Source of the DNA: a virus
Taxonomy: Duplodnaviria > Heunggongvirae > Uroviricota > Caudoviricetes
Virus record (IMG/VR): IMGVR_UViG_2526164630_000020
Length of the DNA stretch: 12,433 bases
Strand: one strand, 5' to 3'
A program made the translations under genes and the position numbers. Below the pieces are notes generated by a model that did no database searches, was not told where the DNA came from, and saw nothing but the letters and a program-made list of their open reading frames with translations. This document shows, piece after piece, positions 8,608 to 12,433 of the stretch (positions are counted from its first letter, which is position 1; each line of letters begins with the position of its first letter).

Positions 8608-8643
8608 ATTGTAAAAACCTCCTGTTGATGATCAGCACTGACT

Positions 8644-9246
8644 TCATGGCATGGCCATGAGCATTTTCACGTCCGCATCACCGTCTGCTGACGTCTGTGG
8701 CACGCCACCCTGTACCGCTGCCGGTGAATGGTTCGCCATGATGCGTTCAAACAGGGCGGTTGTGGATGCAGAGACCGGTTCTGCCTTACCTGATCCCGCA
8801 GCCAGCACAGCCCGGGCGCTCTCCACAGTCATTCCCGGGCAGGCAGCCAGTTGTTCAGCCTGCGCCTCAGCCCCTTTTGCCTCATCCAGTGCCATGATCT
8901 GATCACGGAGTGAGGGTCCGGCATCCGCCTGCGGTGAAGCAGCCAGGATCGGGCGGGCTTTTTCCACCGTCATCTCCGGCATCGCCGCCAGCGTTGCCGC
9001 CAGTTGTTCACGACCGTTCGCTTCTTCACACGCCATAATGCGATCGGCTTCACTCTGCGTGGATGCCACCGGCTGCTGCGGTGCCGCCGCGGCCAGAATC
9101 GCCCGGGCCTGTGCAACGCTCATGCCCTGTTGTCCTGCCAGCATCGTGGCAAGCTGTTCACGTCCTTTCGCTTCCTGGCATGTCAGGATCCCCATCACTC
9201 GCTGGTTCTCCTGCGCGGCGGCTTCCGTTGCAGTTAATTGCGGCAT
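8644..9246 (-). CDS. nu3: Scaffolding protein Nu3-like, nested in frame within the 3' part of C
   Basis: Internal ATG at 9246-9244 (MPQLTATEAAAQENQRVMGILTCQEAKGRE...) preceded by a perfect AGGAGG Shine-Dalgarno (minus strand ...GAGGAGGCACT-ATG). In lambda, Nu3 is translated in the C frame from an internal start and shares the C-terminus. Confidence 0.6.
   Translation of the reverse strand: MPQLTATEAAAQENQRVMGILTCQEAKGREQLATMLAGQQGMSVAQARAILAAAAPQQPVASTQSEADRIMACEEANGREQLAATLAAMPEMTVEKARPILAASPQADAGPSLRDQIMALDEAKGAEAQAEQLAACPGMTVESARAVLAAGSGKAEPVSASTTALFERIMANHSPAAVQGGVPQTSADGDADVKMLMAMP
8791..9201 (-). repeat. Three diverged tandem copies (about 150 bp each) of a scaffold-domain motif inside C/Nu3
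   Basis: Protein repeats RVMGILTCQEAKGREQLATMLAGQQGMSVAQARAILAAA / RIMACEEANGREQLAATLAAMPEMTVEKARPILAAS / IMALDEAKGAEAQAEQLAACPGMTVESARAVLAAG, then a partial RIMAN. Matching DNA repeats are visible, e.g. CTGTTCACG..CGCTTC at about 9005 and 9155. Confidence 0.7.
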
Positions 9247-10137
9247 AGTGCCTCCTCTGACATTACTGTTCAGCGCCGTGGCCATCACACTGATGGCATC
9301 CGACGCATTGACTAATTCATCCGCCAGCCCGGCCTCAATGCCGGACTGACCTTCAAAAACGGCGGCCTCTGTTCCCGTGACGGCATCAACAGACAGACCG
9401 GTAAACATCGCCACTTTTTCGGCAAACATCCGGCGCGCCGCATCAATGCGCTGCTGCATGTCCTGGCGAACCTCTGCCGGTAAGGCTTCAAACTGATTGC
9501 CATCCACCTTGTGCGCCCCTGAGTAAATCAGCGTGATATCCACACCGGCCTGCGCCAGATGACCGGCATAGCTGACATGGCTCATCATCACGCCAATGGA
9601 GCCGATACGGGATGTCTGGGTAACCAGCCGTCGGGAGCAGGCCGACGCCAGCAGCATGGCTGCAGAACAGGCCGTGTCATTGCACAGTGCCCAGACCGGC
9701 TTCTGCTGACGGAGGCGGTAAATCATGTCAGCGCAGTCAAACGCGCCGGCGGCCTGCCCGCCCGGACTGTCAATGTCCAGCAGTATGCCCCGCACCTGGC
9801 TATCTGCCATTGCCTGCTGAAGACAGGCGACAATGCCGTCATAGCCAGTCATTCCGGAAAATGGCCGCATCCCCCCAGCCGGTGCACCAGCGTGCCGGTC
9901 ACCGGCAGTACAGCAATACCGTTCACCACCCTGTAAACACGGGCCGGTCGTTTACCTCCGGCCATGTACTCGTCCGTTTCAGCCAGCATTCCGGGAGCAT
10001 CAAACTGTACCTGCTGTTGTGGTACCGAAAGACTTGCTGCCCCCATCTCGCGCCCGAGCGCGCAAAAGAAAACCCGCGCATAGGCGGGCTCCAGAAGCAG
10101 CGGTTCATTGAATGCTGCGGCAATAATGTGTGAAAGA

Positions 10138-11729
10138 TTACGTCTCACGGGGTGTTGTCTCCTCTTCCGGCCTGCGACTCTCCGCTATCTGCTGCTGATA
10201 CGCCTGCGCTATCCACACCGGACGTGAGAGTCCGGCTTTTTGCCGCTCTGCAGATTCCCTGACCTGCTGGCGGAAAATGTCCTGATAATCCTCGCCCATC
10301 AGCGCCAGCTCTTTCTCATACGTGCTCAGTCCGGCCTCAATGCGCATCACTGATTCCTGAACCTCCTTGAGCCCGTCAATGGCCATTCTTCCGGCACCAA
10401 TCCACTCAGCCCGTGACCAGGCTGATCGCGCCTGATAAAAATCAAAACGCGCCCGTGGCGGACGAATAATCCCCCGAAGAAGTGCCTCTTCCAGCCAGCA
10501 GGAAAACATCTGCGTGGCCAGCCGGGACGCAATAAATTTTCGCCGCCCCATAAGATAGCGCCACGACTCATTGGCGGATGCGCGGGCACTTGAATAACTG
10601 ACCTTCGAGTAATCACGGGACAACTGTTCGTAGGAAACGCCAAGACCGGCGGCGATATACCGCAGCAGCGCCTGTTCAAGCGCCGAAAATCCATTGTCTG
10701 AATCCTGCGCGGTCTGAAGTTTCAGATCATCACCGGGGAAAAGGTGCGGAATTTTGACACCGCCCAGCGTCACGCTATTCGTGTCATACCAGGTGGAGAA
10801 CTTATCCAGAATATTAATAAGCGGATTATCCTTCTGCCCCTGCGGCGCACCGGCGATATATTCAAAGGCCTTTTCGGTATCAAGGTCACTTTCAATCGTC
10901 GCTGCATACATCGCCTTCACTATGGCCGACTGAAGCTGTGTTGCCTGCAGGGAATCGAGCATCTTCAGCCGTTCCATGACGCTGTAAAACTGATTGGCCC
11001 CACGGGTCTGCCCGTCCTCCACCGGCTCGAAAATATGCAGCATGGCCGGACGCCCGGTGGGAAGTTCACGCGGGATCCGTTCCCATCGTCCACTCCCGGA
11101 GAACGGAAAATCATCCTCACAGATATGGTACGCAACGGCACGACCATATCGATCGACCTCCACACCGGCCCGCAGAAAACGGTTCCCCATACCGTGTCCT
11201 GGCGTGTCCACCCGTTTCGGACTCACGGCTTTAAAACGCGTACGAAACAGTTGCGTGCTCTCCGTATCCCAGACCGGCTGCACAAAGATTTCGCCGTTAA
11301 ACGCATGAACGCCCACACCTTCACGGATAAATTCCGTAAACGTGCGTTTCCCTTCCACGTCGATCTCGCCAGACATCCCTTCTGCGTATTCCGACCAGGC
11401 CGCCTCCACCTCATCGACAAAACTTTTTGCCGCAGTCTCCCGCATCCCCAGCCAGCGCCAGTTCGGACGGTAGCTGATCAGAAACATATGCCCGACAATA
11501 TGATCCTTATGCAGGGCCACCGCATTAGCCGCTATCCCGTTATTGCGCACCAGATCATCTGCCCGGGCATTCCCCAGACGCAACGCAGGCAGCAGGGCTG
11601 CATCGGCACTCTGCGCCGGTGGCAACCACTCCGCCATTTGCCCGCCAAATCCTGCGCGCCCCCGTTGTAGCTGAGACTCTCACGAAGCGGAACGCCGTTC
11701 ACATCAATCAGGACAGGCGTTCGTTTCAT
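10138..11729 (-). pseudogene. B: Portal protein B, N-terminal about 25 codons in a different frame from the rest (apparent 1-bp deletion near a C5 run at 11659-11663)
   Basis: ORF 11532..11729 begins MKRTPVLIDVNGVPLRESLSYNGG (lambda gpB MKTPTIPTLLGPDGMTSLREYAGYHGGG). Main ORF 10138..11637 reads upstream in its own frame as GFGGQMAEWLPPAQSADAALLP (lambda GFGGQLRSWNPPSESVDAALLP) and continues colinear with gpB (...FEPVEDGQTRGANQFYSVME...AAGLGVSYEQLSR...). The ATG at 11729 overlaps the W stop (ATGA). Confidence 0.8.
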
Positions 11730-11932
11730 AACCTCACTCCCAGCGGACGACGGCGACGTCGGGTTGTCCCCAGTACCGACTCCGCATCATTGATCGCCCG
11801 GTTAAGCTCATCCAGAGAAGCCGCCGTATATTCAATTCTGCGACCATCTTTCTGGACAGACACCACCCGTTTACCGGTTAATAAATCAAGGCGCGCCTGA
11901 CGCAGCGCCTGCAGTTCAGCGACTGTAACCAT
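11726..11932 (-). CDS. W: Head-tail connector / head completion protein W
   Basis: 68 aa, MVTVAELQALRQARLDLLTGKRVVSVQKDGRRIEYTAASLDELNRAINDAESVLGTTRRRRRPLGVRL; same length as and colinear with lambda gpW. Confidence 0.88.
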   Translation of the reverse strand: MVTVAELQALRQARLDLLTGKRVVSVQKDGRRIEYTAASLDELNRAINDAESVLGTTRRRRRPLGVRL

Positions 11933-12433
11933 TCACTCCTCCGGACAGCTTCGCTGCCAGTTCTTTCAGGGTTGGCCGGGTCGTCTCTTCTTCCCGGGAT
12001 TTTGCCAGTACAGCCAGATCAAGCTGCCAGCGTTGCACGGACACACGTAATGCCGCGTAGGCATACACCAGGCAGTCCAGCGCTTCGTTACGCCGCTTTT
12101 TGTTATCCCACAGCAGACGCATCTTTCCTTTTTCCCACTTCTCCACAAGCTCTTCCGCGACCAGTTGCTGCGCCTCTGTCTGCGAAAAAATCTCCGGATC
12201 ATCAGGAAACGGATGGCATACGACGTGGCTTCATCCGCAGGCGTGGGATCGGCTTTCATACGGGCATAGAGAATTTCTTTTGCGGTGTCCGTTCCCACTT
12301 CACACAGATACACGCCCCGCTGATTGCGGGTTTTCGGCATGGTGATCACCGGCTTGCCATAGACAGATGCGCCTTTTACCGGCAGCACCCGGAAAACACC
12401 GTGTTTTTTTGATCTCTGATAACAATTTCACCA
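11916..12433 (-). pseudogene. A: Terminase large subunit (A-like), C-terminal region; partial (5' end outside the window) and frame-disrupted near 12215-12232, possibly again near the T7 run at 12404-12410
   Basis: One frame reads ...VFRVLPVKGASVYGKPVITMPKTRNQRGVYLCEVGTDTAKEILYARM...; the adjacent frame reads HPFPDDPEIFSQTEAQQLVAEELVEKWEKGKMRLLWDNKKRRNEALDCLVYAYAALRVSVQRWQLDL...LSGGVNGYSR, matching the lambda gpA C-terminus. The first frame has a stop at 12428-12430 just upstream of VFRVLPVKG. Confidence 0.75.

Larger units (their letters stand above)
8644..10148 (-). pseudogene. C: Capsid assembly protease C (S49/ClpP-like family), split by an apparent 1-bp deletion at a C6 run (9871-9876)
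   Basis: N-terminal ORF 9849..10148 (MRRNLSHIIAAAFNEPLLLEPAYARVFFCAL...VVNGIAVLPVTGTLV) matches the lambda gpC N-terminus. ORF 8644..9870 (MRPFSGMTGYDGIVACLQQA...GILLDIDSPGG...SIGVMM...) continues gpC in another frame. Adding one G to the run restores ...GTLVHRLGGMRPFSGMTGY..., colinear with lambda. Confidence 0.8.

Noticed and set aside
9871-9876. Frame switches in C, B, A or L as programmed ribosomal frameshifts
   Set aside because: None has an X XXY YYZ slippery heptamer in phase or an obvious downstream structure, and no programmed frameshift is known in these lambda genes. Only the G-T site fits.
10744-11670. Plus-strand ORF of 308 aa, and ORF 9687..10133 (148 aa)
   Set aside because: Antisense to portal gene B and protease gene C respectively; no independent support.
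1-12433. CRISPR array, tRNA or rRNA genes, integrase or attachment site
   Set aside because: No short regularly spaced direct repeats and no tRNA-like region. The window holds late structural genes only; integration and regulatory modules would lie elsewhere in the prophage.
12401-12433. AT-rich tail at the window end (GTGTTTTTTTGATCTCTGATAACAATTTCACCA) as a possible regulatory site
   Set aside because: It lies inside the terminase A coding region, and the T7 run is more simply one more homopolymer indel site; too little sequence to judge.

Overview
The window is the late morphogenetic (head and tail) module of a lambda-like prophage, encoded entirely on the minus strand in canonical lambda order: A (terminase large subunit, C-terminal part) - W - B (portal) - C (protease) with nested Nu3 (scaffold) - D - E (major capsid) - FI - FII - Z - U - V (major tail) - G / G-T (with the -1 frameshift site) - H (tape measure) - M - L. 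At the low-coordinate end, L is cut by the right end of an IS3-family insertion sequence (transposase orfB C-terminus on the plus strand, element end at about 274). Genes are tightly packed or overlapping, and I see no cargo genes, tRNA, CRISPR array or defence-like insertion. I do not find a new biological system here. The points worth a second look are: (1) the IS truncating L where the tail-tip genes K/I/J should follow; (2) at least six apparent frame disruptions in conserved genes (A, B, C, D, L), several at homopolymer runs, so either a decaying cryptic prophage or indel errors in the sequence; (3) a tandemly triplicated motif of about 50 aa in the C/Nu3 scaffold region; (4) a GC hairpin plus T-run right after the major capsid gene; (5) an 18-bp perfect palindrome between D and E. 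All protein identities rest on my recollection of phage lambda proteins, not on a database search; the plus-strand ORFs other than the transposase fragment are antisense artefacts of GC-rich coding DNA.
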